Source: Rebecca billardiae RCC1528
Lineage: Eukaryota; Protista; Haptophyta
Length of the DNA stretch: 64,000 nucleotides
Reading direction: 5' to 3'
NCBI GenBank assembly: GCA_965240325.2
Contig: OZ251247.1
Location: forward strand, 682,001 to 746,000
Shown: one piece after another, positions 1 to 11,076 of the stretch
Layout of the letters: the number at the start of each line of letters is the position of its first letter
Numbering within the stretch: the first letter of the stretch is position 1
The notes under the pieces: model-generated
What the model was told of the DNA's origin: nothing
The model's database searches: none
The model's input: the letters and a program-made list of their open reading frames with translations, nothing else
Made by a program: the position numbers and the translations under genes

Positions 1-2
1 CG

Positions 3-767
3 GGCTGTGCGTACAGCTGGGGCTACAACAGGGACGGCCAGCTCGGCCACGGCGACAGGAAGCACCGGTGGGAGCCGACGCGCATCGAGGCGCTCGACGG
101 CGTGCGCGTGGGCGGCGTTGCAACTGGGGATGGACACACGCTACTGCTCTCGGCGCAAGGCGCGGTCTACTCGTGCGGCTGGGGCTACAAGGGCCGTCTC
201 GGCCACGGCGACGAGCAGGAGCAGCACACGCCGAGGCGCATCGAGGCGCTCGCGGGCGTGCGCGCCGTGCACGTGAGCGCGGGCGAAGCGCACAGCCTGG
301 TGGTGGACGCGGAGGGCGGCGTGTGCTCGTTCGGCTTTGGCCGCAACGGCGAGCTTGGGCACGGCGACGACCTTGACCAGGAGATGCCCACGCCCATCGA
401 GGCGCTGGCGGGTGTGCGCGCCGTGCGCGCGTGTGCAGGCCATTGCAGCAGCGCGGTGCTGGGCGCGGACGGCAGCGTGCACACGTTCGGCGACAACAGT
501 ACTGGGCAGCTCGGCCGGACATCGTCCCACCCGGTGGTCAACGCGCAGCCCGCGCGGCTGCACGCCCTCTCACACGCGTGCGTGCTGGGGTGCTCGCTCA
601 GCAACTCCCACGCGCTGTACGCCACAGCGGACGGCGGTGCGTACGCGTGTGGGCGGAAGGTGGCCGCGCTCGGCCTCGGCGTGAACGACCTGGTCGACCC
701 GCAAGCAAAGCAGCGGACGCCGCAGCGCGTGGCGCAGCTGCCGCCCCTTGCAGGCACGCTCCGCTGA
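3..767 (+). CDS. F-box/RCC1-repeat family protein, copy 1 (3' part; 5' end outside window)
   Basis: Open frame from nt 3 (GCAYSWGYNRDGQLGHGD...) to TGA 765-767; RCC1 repeats; C-terminus QRVAQLPPLAGTLR matches paralogs 4 and 5. Confidence 0.9.
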   Translation, partial: GCAYSWGYNRDGQLGHGDRKHRWEPTRIEALDGVRVGGVATGDGHTLLLSAQGAVYSCGWGYKGRLGHGDEQEQHTPRRIEALAGVRAVHVSAGEAHSLVVDAEGGVCSFGFGRNGELGHGDDLDQEMPTPIEALAGVRAVRACAGHCSSAVLGADGSVHTFGDNSTGQLGRTSSHPVVNAQPARLHALSHACVLGCSLSNSHALYATADGGAYACGRKVAALGLGVNDLVDPQAKQRTPQRVAQLPPLAGTLR

Positions 768-1043
768 GCACGCGTACGCGGGTGCAGCAGGATGCACACC
801 GCCATGATGAGCAGCCTGAGCCCCCTGAGTGCAGTGCCACACACTCCCCTAGCTGCTGCTTCTCTCCAACCCCCTGCTCAGCACTACAGTACGTAAGCTA
901 CAGTCTTCCGGTCGTAGTACAGTAGGCGTAAGTACGTACACTACGGTGGTACCGCGGGTATCCTTAGGTCGAGCAGTGCGCACGCTTACTCAATGATGTG
1001 CGACCAACCGCCAGCGCGCAGCACCCTCCGGCTCGGAGCGGAG

Positions 1044-2400
1044 ATGGCACCAGCAGCATCGGCGACGACGCGCACGCGTGCCGCGGCGCCCCCGGGTGTG
1101 CGGCGGCTGACCGACCTGCCGCCCGAGCTCGTCTCGCGCATCCTCTCTCATCTGGATTGCGCGTGTGACCTCGCCGCCGCCAACGCCGCCTCGCGCCTCT
1201 TTCGCGGCGCGCCGCTCGAGCACGCGCTGCGCGAGCGGGCGCGCACGCGCGGCCACGCCCGCGCTGCCTGAGACGCTGCCCGCGGGCGCGCGCACGTGGA
1301 CGGAGGAGCTGCTCGCCCGTGAACGCGTGTACGAGCTTGCATGCGAGCACGGGCAGGTCGTGGTCGCTGCTGGCACCGATGATCACCCGTTCAGCGCGTT
1401 TGTGGACGCGGACGGCGGCGTGCACACCTGTGGCGAGCCGCCGGGCCAAGTCGAACTCTCACGGCGGGAACGCAAGGCCTTGGCCGGGGGAGTATTCGCT
1501 TTAATGCGACACGCAGCCTGCTCGCCGCATCCGACGCGCGTGGCCTCGCTCAGCGCAGTGCGCGTGCGTTCTGTGGCCGCTGGCTGGGCCCACCTGCTCG
1601 CGCTGAGCGAGGCTGGCGCCGTGTACGCGCGCGGCCACAACGACTACGGCCAGCTGGGGCTGGGTCACCAGGCGGAGGACGCGCATGCGTTCGTGCCACT
1701 GCCTGCGCTGGACGCCGCGCTCGTTGTGGGCATTGCCGCTGGCCCCCTTCACAGCCACGCGCTCACCGCCGCTGGGTGTGCATACAGCTGGGGCAACAAC
1801 TACTGCGGCCAGCTCGGCCACGGCGACAAGGACCGGTGGGAGCCGACGCGCATCGAGGCGCTGCGCGGCGTGCGCGTGGGTGGGATCGCAGCAGGGGTAG
1901 CCCACACGTTGCTTCTCTCGACCAGCGGCGCCGTCTACTCGTGCGGCCGCGGCCAGCACGGCCAGCTCGGCCACGGCGACCAGCAGCAGCGGTATGCGCT
2001 GAGGTGCATTGAGGTGCTGGATGGTGTGTGCGCCGTGCACGTGAGCGCGGGCGGTGCGCACAGCCTGGTGGTGGACGCGGAGGGCGGCGTGTGCTCGTTT
2101 GGCGTTGGGCCTCGCGGCCAGCTCGGGCACGGTGACCATGCCACCCAGCTGGTGCCCAAGCGCATTGCTGCCCTCGCAGGCGTGCGCGCAGTGCGTGCCA
2201 GCCGTGGCCCTGTCTGCAGCGCGGTGCTGGGCGCGGACGGCAGCGTGCACGTGTTCGGGGAGAACCGCGACGGCCAGCTCGTCCGGGCGCCTTTAACCAA
2301 CGCGCAGCCCGCGTGGCTGGACGCTCTGACGCATGGGTGTGTGACGGACTGCTCGCTCAGCAGCTGCCACGCGCTGTACGCCACAGCGGACGGGGCAGTG
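1044..2400 (+). pseudogene. F-box/RCC1 copy 2, frameshifted and split by an insertion
   Basis: ATG 1044 MAPAASATT...LTDLPPELVSRILSHL (F-box). A 2-nt loss in a CGCGCG run near 1260 versus copy 5 shifts the frame (could be an assembly error). RCC1 homology stops after ...HALYATADGAV at 2400. Confidence 0.8.
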
Positions 2401-2705
2401 AGGAGAACACGTCCATGCGTCGGGATGCGGCCATCGAGCCACCTTTGCCCGCGCCCACCGTCGAGTTATCCGTTCCCAATGAGGGGTCTCGAGTGGTACC
2501 GCCCGGATCGGGCGGGCATTATTTTCGCCATCACTTTCGCCGAACGCGCCCAGCGTTCTCGCGAATCGGCGAATTCGGCGAATTGGCTGGCATTTGGCAA
2601 TTCGGCGAATCGCTTGTGCCATCCCTGGCCCTGTCTTGCCCTGTCCACCCCTGCCGGTTCCTCACCTCAACTCATCAGCCCTCCTCCTCTCTCGCGCTCG
2701 ACTCG

Positions 2706-4154
2706 ATGGCCACGGCACGGACGCACGCACCGCGCCCCGGGTTCGACGACCTGCCGTCAGAGGTGCTCGACCGCATCACGTCACTCCTGCGGCTGCGCGA
2801 TCTCGCCAGCCTGAACGCCACCGCGCGCGTCTTCCACGCCGCGCCGCCCGGCGGGCGCTCGGCGGTCGAGCGCGCGCTGCGCGAGCGTGCACGCGCGCGG
2901 GGGCACGAGCGCGCGCTGCCGGCGGCGCTGCCCTCGGGCGTGCGCACGTGGGCAGAGGAGCTGTTCCTGCGCGAGTGCCTTCACAAGCTCGCACGCGCGC
3001 ACGCATCCCCGGTCTCGGCAGGCGCTGAGTTCAGCGCGTTTGTGGACGCGGAGGGCGGGCTGCACACGTGCGGCGAGGAGAAGGCGGAGGACGAGGACAC
3101 CAGGCGACTGACGGGCGAGTATATTGCGCGAGCGGCAACCGGCCACCGCGATGCGCCGGCAGTGCGCGTGCCGACGCGCGTCACCTCCCTCAGCGCGGTG
3201 CGCGTAGCTGCGGTGGCCGCCGGCGAGCACCTGCTCGCGCTGAGCGAGGCCGGCGCCGTGTACGGCTGCGGCCACAACAGCAGGGGCCAGCTGGGGCTGG
3301 GGGACGCGGAGGAGCGGCGCGAGCTTGAGCCGATCGTGGCGCTCGCTGGCGTCGTGGTGGTGGGCATCGCCGCTGGCACCTACCACAGCCTCGCGCTCAG
3401 CGCCGTTGGGTGCGCGTACAGCTGGGGCTGGAACGGGGACGGCCAGCTCGGCCACGGCGACAAGGAGGACCGGTGGGAGCCGACGCGCATCGAGGCGCTG
3501 GACGGCGTGCGCGTGGGCGGCGTCGCCGCGGGCGCATTCCACACGCTACTGCTCTCGGCGCACGGCGCCGTCTACTCGTGCGGCCATGGCTACATGGGCC
3601 AGCTCGGCCACGGCGGTGAGGAGGATCAGCTCACGCCGAGGCGCATCGAGGCGCTCGCGGGCGTGCGCGCCGTGCACGTGAGCGCGGGCTATATGCACAG
3701 CCTGGTGGTGGACAGCAACGGGGTGGTGTACTCGTTTGGGCACGGCGCGGATGGCAGGCTGGGGCACGGAGACACGCACACGCAGCCCACACCGAGGCGG
3801 ATTGACACCATCGCGGGTGTGCGCGCCGTGCGCGCGTGCGCCGGCTCTGGCAGCAGCGCGGTGGTGGGCGCGGACGGCAGCGTGCACACGTTCGGGGACA
3901 ACGGGCACGGCCCGCTCGGGCGGCGCAGGAAAGCAGCTCCCAATACCCGCACACGACGGGGCGTCCTCGCCCAAGCTCGCGTGGTGCACTGTGCCATGGG
4001 CGATGCCCACTCGCTGTTTGTGAGTGCGGACGGCAGCGTGTACGCGTGCGGCAAGCGCTCGGCTGCGCTCGGCCTCGGCATGAGCTTGGCCGAGCGCTCG
4101 TCGATTGCCAAGCCCACGTGCGTCGAGACGGCGTGGCGGGCGCGCGTCTGCTGA
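2706..4154 (+). CDS. F-box/RCC1 copy 3
   Basis: ATG 2706 MATARTHAPRPGFDDLPSEVLDRITSLLRLRDLASLNATARVF (F-box), followed by RCC1 repeats; intact, intronless. Confidence 0.9.
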   Translation: MATARTHAPRPGFDDLPSEVLDRITSLLRLRDLASLNATARVFHAAPPGGRSAVERALRERARARGHERALPAALPSGVRTWAEELFLRECLHKLARAHASPVSAGAEFSAFVDAEGGLHTCGEEKAEDEDTRRLTGEYIARAATGHRDAPAVRVPTRVTSLSAVRVAAVAAGEHLLALSEAGAVYGCGHNSRGQLGLGDAEERRELEPIVALAGVVVVGIAAGTYHSLALSAVGCAYSWGWNGDGQLGHGDKEDRWEPTRIEALDGVRVGGVAAGAFHTLLLSAHGAVYSCGHGYMGQLGHGGEEDQLTPRRIEALAGVRAVHVSAGYMHSLVVDSNGVVYSFGHGADGRLGHGDTHTQPTPRRIDTIAGVRAVRACAGSGSSAVVGADGSVHTFGDNGHGPLGRRRKAAPNTRTRRGVLAQARVVHCAMGDAHSLFVSADGSVYACGKRSAALGLGMSLAERSSIAKPTCVETAWRARVC

Positions 4155-5048
4155 CGCCGCCTGCCTCCGAGGGGCGAGGGCCGGCAGCCGGAGCCGCTGC
4201 GGGCCTGCCTGCAGCGGGGAGTGTGGGGGTGCGGGGGGAGGAGGGGAGGTGCCGCTGCACGCCGGGCGCACTGGGCGCGGCACGGGTGCGCACGGCACTG
4301 GCCGCGGAGGGGGCAACAGCGCGCGTCTCCGGGCGGTGAGGGCTGCGGCACTGCAGCCGCGCGTGCCGCCCTGGGCCCGGCCGGCGGGGGGCGGGGGGAA
4401 GGGGGGGGCGGGGGTCTAGCCGGCGCGACGGCACGTGCGCCGCGCGGCTGAGTCCTGCCTGCAGGCGCCGAGTCCGGACTGCCGAGTCCGATGCGCAGTG
4501 CGGCGTGTACGCGTGCACTCTGAGCAGCGCTGCCCGGCGGCCGTCGGAGTCGCGGCCGCAGTGCCGACTGCGTGCCGTGAGCAGCCGAGCTGGTGTCGGC
4601 CAGAGCCATCATCAGCCATGCACTATGCAGTCGTCATTCACATCTGATCCGGGTCGTCTCAGCAGTGGCGACTCAGGCGCGGCCGGTCTGCTCTGCCGCG
4701 GACGCCGTTCCCGTGTTACCAACGGTGTTCACGACCGGCCCGCCTGAGAGTGATCAATTGCGCCGGACACTGCTCACAAGTCGCAGACGAGCGCAGTAGC
4801 AGTGAATGAGTGATATGCGGCATCAATGCGCGTAGTCAGCCGGCGTCAGCAGGAACTGACAAGTGACAGTACCAACCTTGCTCAGTTGCTGATGCCAGTG
4901 GCCAGGAGCTGACGCACTCAGCCAAGGGTACTACCCTTGGCTCAGGGTCGTTCTTCCGAGCCCCCCCACGCTTTTTCCCCAGCCCGAGCCCGAACATTGT
5001 TGTATGAGGACCTATTGCGAACGCGGGGGCGTGGAGGCCTCCCCATGA

Positions 5049-5119
5049 TGACGAAACTTGGCCGGGACCAAGTGTTGTTGGAAATCCAAACAACACTTGG
5101 TCCCGGCCAAATTTCGTCA
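5049..5119. repeat. Near-perfect ~33-bp-arm inverted repeat (hairpin)
   Basis: TGACGAAACTTGGCCGGGACCAAGTGTTGTTGGA..TCCAAACAACACTTGGTCCCGGCCAAATTTCGTCA; a second hairpin AGCCAAGGGTA-C-TACCCTTGGCT lies at ~4920-4942. Confidence 0.9.
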
Positions 5120-5196
5120 CATACTATCTCGTCCCGAAAGATCGCAGGACGGAAGCTTCTGTGACTTCCAACATCGGCCCACGAGAGGGTCGAGAG

Positions 5197-5312
5197 CATG
5201 CCGTGCGGCAGCGTTCGGCGGCCTAGGCGTGAGCGCTGACGCGGATGGGGCGCAGCCGACGCCGCTCCAGCGCGTGGCGCAGCTGCCGCCCCTTGCCGCC
5301 ACGCTTAGCTGA
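5197..5312 (+). pseudogene. Orphan C-terminal tail of F-box/RCC1 copy 2
   Basis: GLGVSADADGAQPTPLQRVAQLPPLAATLS* followed by the same 3' flank as copies 1 and 4. Confidence 0.8.
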
Positions 5313-5392
5313 GCACGAGAACGCTCTTGCAGCAGGATGCACACCGCCATGATGAGCAGCCTGAGTCCCCTGAGTGCAGTGCCACACACTCC

Positions 5393-5948
5393 GGAGCGTT
5401 GCGCCAGCTGGACAAACGCGAAGGGACCCACCGTCCAGGATCCTTGGACTTGTGGAGGGCCCCGGCGAGACCTGCACTCGGATCGGGGCCCTCTCCCGCT
5501 GTGCCGCTTGCGGCGCACGCCTGACCGGTGCGGCGGGCGACGTGTGCGCACGCCGTGCAGCTCGCGGCGCGTGCGCGTTGGCTAGATGGCACACGTCTCC
5601 CGACGCACAAGGCAAATGACCGCAGCTGGGATGCTCTTTCGCGCCGCAAGAATGCGTGCGAGGCCGGTTGCTGCGGCCGAGTGGCGTGGCCGTGCCGCCT
5701 GCACGCTGGGCGCCCATGGACGTGGCTTCGCCGCGCGCGCTGAGGCCGGCGAGCGTCGCGACCGACTTCCACGACGCGTGCGACGCGCCATCTGCCCGCT
5801 TCCTTGCCTGTGACGCACGTCTTCTGCGGGCAATGGCGACTCGCGCGCCCATGCGGTGGTGAAGCTGCCATCCACCCGGAACATTTCTTTTTGAAAAGCG
5901 CCGATCTGAAAAGACCGGAAGGCGTTTGTCCAGCTGGCGCAACGCCCC
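5393..5948. mobile_element. MITE (~556 bp) with 27-bp terminal inverted repeats
   Basis: Left GGAGCGTTGCGCCAGCTGGACAAACGC, right GCGTTTGTCCAGCTGGCGCAACGCCCC; the paralogous spacer at ~841-870 lacks it (empty site). Confidence 0.85.
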
Positions 5949-6150
5949 TGACTGCTTCTCTCCAACCCTCTGCTCATCAGCACGTGAGCTACAGTCTTCC
6001 GGTCGTAGTACAGTAGTAGGCGTACTGTACATGTATCTACAGACTGGGTGGTACAGTATCCTACTATCCTTAGGTGGTGAGCAGTGCGCACGCTTGCTCA
6101 GTGATGATGTGCGACCAACCGCCAGCGCGCAAGCACCCTTCGGAGCGGAG

Positions 6151-7635
6151 ATGGCACCAGCAGCATCGGCGACGACGCGCACGCGTGCCGCGGCGCCCCG
6201 GGGGGCGCGGCGGCTGACCGACCTGCCGCCCGAGCTCGTCTCGCGCATCCTCTCCCATCTGGATTGCGCGTGTGACCTCGCCGCCGCCAACGCCGCCTCT
6301 CGCCTCTTCCGCGGCGCGCCGCTCGAGCACGCGCTGCGCGAGCGCGCGCGCGCGCGCGTGCACACGCGCGCGCTGCCCACGACGCTGCCCGTGGGCGCGC
6401 AAACGTGGACGGAGGAGCTACTCGCGCTTGAGCGCGTGCACGAGCTCGCATGCGTGCACGGCCAAGTTGTGGTCGCGGCTGGCTACGAGGCTCACCCGTT
6501 CAGCGCGTTTGTGGACGCGGACGGCGGCGTGCACACCTGTGGCGAGCCGCCGGGCCAAGTCGAACTCTCGCGGCGGGAGCGTAGCGCCTTGGCCGGGGGA
6601 GTACTCGCTTCAATGCGACACGCAGCCTGCTCGCCGCATCCGACGCGTGTGGCCTCACTCTCGGCCGTGCGCGTGCGTTCTGTGGCAGCTGGCTGTGACC
6701 ACCTGCTCGCGCTGAGCGAGGCTGGGACAGTGTACGCGTGCGGCAACAACGACTGGGGGCAGCTCGGGCTGGGCCACCGGGCGGAGGACGCAGCGGCATT
6801 TCTGCCACTGCCTGCGCTGGACGCCGAGCTCGTCGTGGCCATCGCCGCTGGCCTCGTTCACAGCCTCGCGCTCACCGCCGCAGGCTGCGCGTACAGCTGG
6901 GGCAACAACTTGGACGGCCAGCTCGGCCACGGCGACAAGAAGGACCGGTGGGAGCCGACGCGCATCGAGGCGCTGGACGGCGTGCGCGTGGGGGGCGTGT
7001 CTGCCGGATTCACCCACTCGCTGCTGCTCTCGACCAGTGGGGCCGTGTACTCGTGCGGCAGTGGCTACTACGGCCAGCTCGGCCACGGCAACAAGCAGCC
7101 TCAGCACACGCCGGGGCGCATCGAGGCGCTCACGGGCGTGCGCGCCGTGCACGTGAGCGCGGGCAATCAGCACAGCCTGGTGGTGGACGCGGAGGGCGGC
7201 GTGTGCTCGTTCGGCTTTGGGTATCGCGGCCAGCTTGGGCACGGCGACGACCTTGATCAGGCGCTGCCCACGCCCATCGAGGCGCTGGCGGGTGTGCGTG
7301 CCGTGCGCGCGTGTGCAGGCCATTGCAGCAGCGCGGTGCTGGGCGCGGACGGCAGCGTGCACACGTTCGGGGGCAACGACCATGGCCAGCTCGGCCGGAC
7401 GCCTTCTTTCAACGCGCAGCCCGCGCGGCTGCACGCCCTCTCACACGCGTGCGTGCTGGGGTGCTCGCTCAGCACATCCCACGCGCTGTACGCGACAGCG
7501 GACGGCGCTGCGTACGCGTGTGGGCGGAAGGTGGCCGCGCTCGGCCTCGGCGTGATGATCGACGCGGATGGGGCGCAGCCGACGCCGCTCCAGCGCGTGG
7601 CGCAGCTGCCGCCCCTTGCCGCCACGCTTAGCTGA
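6151..7635 (+). CDS. F-box/RCC1 copy 4
   Basis: ATG 6151, F-box LTDLPPELVSRILSHLDCACDLAAANAASRLFR, RCC1 repeats, intact. Confidence 0.92.
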   Translation: MAPAASATTRTRAAAPRGARRLTDLPPELVSRILSHLDCACDLAAANAASRLFRGAPLEHALRERARARVHTRALPTTLPVGAQTWTEELLALERVHELACVHGQVVVAAGYEAHPFSAFVDADGGVHTCGEPPGQVELSRRERSALAGGVLASMRHAACSPHPTRVASLSAVRVRSVAAGCDHLLALSEAGTVYACGNNDWGQLGLGHRAEDAAAFLPLPALDAELVVAIAAGLVHSLALTAAGCAYSWGNNLDGQLGHGDKKDRWEPTRIEALDGVRVGGVSAGFTHSLLLSTSGAVYSCGSGYYGQLGHGNKQPQHTPGRIEALTGVRAVHVSAGNQHSLVVDAEGGVCSFGFGYRGQLGHGDDLDQALPTPIEALAGVRAVRACAGHCSSAVLGADGSVHTFGGNDHGQLGRTPSFNAQPARLHALSHACVLGCSLSTSHALYATADGAAYACGRKVAALGLGVMIDADGAQPTPLQRVAQLPPLAATLS

Positions 7636-7921
7636 GCACGAGAACGCTCATGCAGCAGGCTGCACACCGCCATGATGAGCAGCCTGAGGCCCCTGAGTGC
7701 AGTGCCACACAAGCTCCCCTACCTCCAGCGCCGCCCAGCGCGCTGTCAGCGCAGCCGCCAGCGGCAGAGGTTGGTGGTGCTCTGACGGCATCACCAACAT
7801 ATTCGGAAAAGAAAATCCCCACCCGAAATTCCTGCGCCCAGTGGCTAGGTGGGATCGAGTAGAGCGCACGCTTAGCGATGTGCGACCAACCGCCAGCGCG
7901 CAAGCACCCTTCGGAGCGGAG

Positions 7922-9403
7922 ATGGCACCAGCAGCATCGGCGACGACAAGCACGCGTGCCACAGCGCCTCCGGGGGCGCGGCGGCTGACCGACCTGCCAC
8001 CCGAGCTCATCTCGCGCATCCTCGCCCATCTCGATCGGGCGCGTGACTTAGCCGCCGCCAACGCCGCCTCGCGCCTCTTCCGCGGCGCGCCGCTCGAGCA
8101 CGCGCTGCGCGAGCGCGCGCGCGCGCGCGGGCACGCTCGCGCGCTGCCCACGACGCTGCCCGCGGGCGCGCGCACGTGGACGGAGGAGCTGCTCGCCCGC
8201 GAGCGCGTGTACGAGCTTGCACGCGAGCACGGCCAGGTCGTGGTCGCGGCTGGCTTCGAGGCTCACCCGTTCAGCGCGTTTGTGGACGCGGACGGCGGCG
8301 TGCACACCTGTGGCGAGCCGCCGGGCCAAGTCGAACTCTCGCAGCGGGAGCGTAGTGCCTTGGCCGGGGGAGTATTCGCTTCAATGCGCCACGCAGCCTG
8401 CTCGCCGCATCCGACGCGCGTGACCTCACTCTCGGCGGTGCGCGTGCGTTCTGTGGCTGCTGGCTATGAGCACCTGCTCGCGCTGAGCGAGGCTGGCACA
8501 GTGTACGCGCGCGGCCACAACGACTACGGCCAGCTGGGGCTGGGTCACCAGGCGGATGACGCAGTGGTATTCCTGCCACTGCCTGCGCTGGACGCCGAGC
8601 TCGTCGTGGCCATCGCCGCTGACCGCGTTCACAGCCTCGCGCTCACCGCCGCTGGGTGCGCGTACAGCTGGGGCAACAACACCTACGGCCAGCTCGGCCA
8701 CGGCGACACGAAGGACCGGTGGGAGCCGACGCGCATCGAGGCGCTGGACGGCGTGCGCGTGGGCGGCGTTGCAGCCGGGGCTGGACACACGCTACTGCTC
8801 TCGGCCAGTGGGGCCGTGTACTCGTGCGGCTTTGGCAACTACGGCCGTCTCGGCCACGGCGACCAGCAGCAGCGGCACACGCCGAGGCGCATCGAGGCGC
8901 TCGCGGGCGTGCGCGCCGTGCACGTGAGCGCGGGCGATGCGCACAGCCTGGTGGCGGACGCGGCAGGCGGCGTGTGCTCATTCGGCAATGGGTATCAAGG
9001 CCAGCTTGGGCACGGCGACGAGCTTTCTCGGGCGATGCCCAAGCCCATCGAGGCGCTGGCGGGTGTGCGCGCTGTGCGCGCGTGTGCAGGCCATTGCAGC
9101 AGCGCGGTGCTGGGCGCGGACGGCAGCGTGCACACGTTCGGGGGCAACGACCATGGCCAGCTCGGCCGAGCGCCTTTTCTCTACCCGCAGCCCGCGCGGC
9201 TGCACGCCCTCTCGCATGCGCGCGTGCTTGGGTGCTCGTTCAGCAGCTGCCACGCGCTGTTTGTGACTGCTGACGGCGCTGCGTACGCGTGTGGGCGGCA
9301 GTCGGCAGCGCTCGGCCTGGGCGTGAGCGCTGACCCGGATCGGGCGAAGCCGACGCTGCAGCGCGTGGGGCAGCTGCCGCCCCTTGCAGGCACGCTCTGC
9401 TGA
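7922..9403 (+). CDS. F-box/RCC1 copy 5
   Basis: ATG 7922, F-box plus RCC1 repeats, intact; tandem duplicate of copy 4 with shared flanks. Confidence 0.92.
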   Translation: MAPAASATTSTRATAPPGARRLTDLPPELISRILAHLDRARDLAAANAASRLFRGAPLEHALRERARARGHARALPTTLPAGARTWTEELLARERVYELAREHGQVVVAAGFEAHPFSAFVDADGGVHTCGEPPGQVELSQRERSALAGGVFASMRHAACSPHPTRVTSLSAVRVRSVAAGYEHLLALSEAGTVYARGHNDYGQLGLGHQADDAVVFLPLPALDAELVVAIAADRVHSLALTAAGCAYSWGNNTYGQLGHGDTKDRWEPTRIEALDGVRVGGVAAGAGHTLLLSASGAVYSCGFGNYGRLGHGDQQQRHTPRRIEALAGVRAVHVSAGDAHSLVADAAGGVCSFGNGYQGQLGHGDELSRAMPKPIEALAGVRAVRACAGHCSSAVLGADGSVHTFGGNDHGQLGRAPFLYPQPARLHALSHARVLGCSFSSCHALFVTADGAAYACGRQSAALGLGVSADPDRAKPTLQRVGQLPPLAGTLC

Positions 9404-10039
9404 GCACGCGCGTTCCGTGCTACCACCCGTGCACACGGCGCCGCGCCCGCGCGGCGCGCCTGCGGCCGCGTGCGCGCTGAATTTACTACGGCAAGCTGAT
9501 GCGGATCGTCAGTCATATCATCATCGTCATCAGATTCTAGACCGCGCCATCCCGCGGGCGATGACGCGCCCGGACTCCCGGGCGGCTGGAGGCGCGGCCG
9601 AGCTACTCAGCTAGCCGGTGGCGCCGTCGCCGTCAGTGACTCGCCGTCGCACGCCACTCGCTCTCATATCATCACTCATCCGTAGTCGCCAGTACCGTAG
9701 TACTCATTTACGGGTAAATGATCCTGTGTGAATAGCCAATCGTGGTCCAATCAGGCCGTCTCAGACTGCCGCAGCAGTGTATTGGAGGCGCTCAACGTTC
9801 AGTTATTGATGAGCAGCGCGGCGGCGGCCATCCTTTCATCGAACCGGAGAGCGAGCGGCCTTTTGTTTCGGTGCCGGCAGCAAGGGTCGGCGCCCGCCCG
9901 CAGGCAGTGCAAGGCGCACCCGCCTGCTCGGTGCACGCCCGCTGCGCGGCACGGTCGCGCCAGCCCTCGGCCGCGCCCGCCCGCGCGCGCGTCCCCCACC
10001 GCCACCCTCGACGGCGCGTGCGCTTCCCGCGCTCCGGCC

Positions 10040-11045
10040 ATGCGCCGACCGTCTATGAGCGGCGAGCTGCCGCCGCGCCGCGCGCCGCCGCGCCGCAAGT
10101 CGCTGGCGGCGCTGAGCGCGCCGCCGGTGGACGCGGAGCGTGACCCGAACCTGCTCGTCCCGGGCATGCCGCGCTACCTCAACGGCGAGGCCGCCTACTC
10201 GCTCTGCCTCGTCGTCCGACCGAACGGCGGCGGCGGCGGCGCGGCGGCGGCGCCCGCGGCGAGCGGCGGCGCGGGCGGCGTGGACGGCTCGGCGCCGGCG
10301 TACGCTGCGCCGCGCGCGGGCGCGCGGTGCAGCACGGCCTCCGCCGACGCCGCCGCCGACTCCTCGTGGCTCGCCGACGCGCGCCAGCCGCTCCCGCCGG
10401 ACGCGGCGGCCGCGGAGCGGCGCGAACTCTTCCGAGCGATGCGGCGCGCCGGTCTGGTGCTGCGGCGGGTCGAGAGCGTAACGGATCCGGAGAGCTTCTT
10501 CGTGGTGGTCGGCGCGGCGGAGGGGACGCTCGCCGCCATGGCCGAGGCGCTCGCCATGGACAAGCGCCTGCGCCACGAGTACGACGACCCGGTGCGGCGC
10601 GGCGCGCGGCGCGCGGCGCGCGGCATGTGCGCGGCGCGCGGTCGGCGCGATGCGTGCGGGGCGGTGTGGGCGGCGTGGGCGGGGCGCGTGGTGGGTGGCG
10701 GGCGCGCGTGGGGGGTCGGGAGGGCACGGTGTGACTGCGGGGTCGCGCGCTCTGGCCGCTGCCCTCGCCCTTCCCCTACCCTCCGCCCGCCCGCCCGCGC
10801 GCCCGCGCGCTCCGCGCACGCTTGCGCGCTGCTGCTGCTGCTGCGCCGCCGCCGCCGCCACGCCGCACCCACGCCCACACGCCCGCCTACCGCCCACCCC
10901 CGCCGGGGCCACCCCCGCAGGTGACACACGCGCCGTCGTACGAGCCCTTCACCGCCGCCCGGATGGCGGAGTTCCGCCCGGACGAGATGACGCTGCCGCC
11001 GCTCGTCGCGGCGGCGGCGGGGGCGGCGGAGGGCGGCGGTGCTGC

Positions 11046-11076
<31 letters not shown>

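Larger units (their letters stand above)
2401..5196. other. ~2.8-kb insertion inside copy 2, carrying F-box/RCC1 copy 3
   Basis: Copy 2 coding sequence ends at 2400 and its missing C-terminus resumes at ~5197-5203; no TIR or TSD recognised. Confidence 0.7.
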
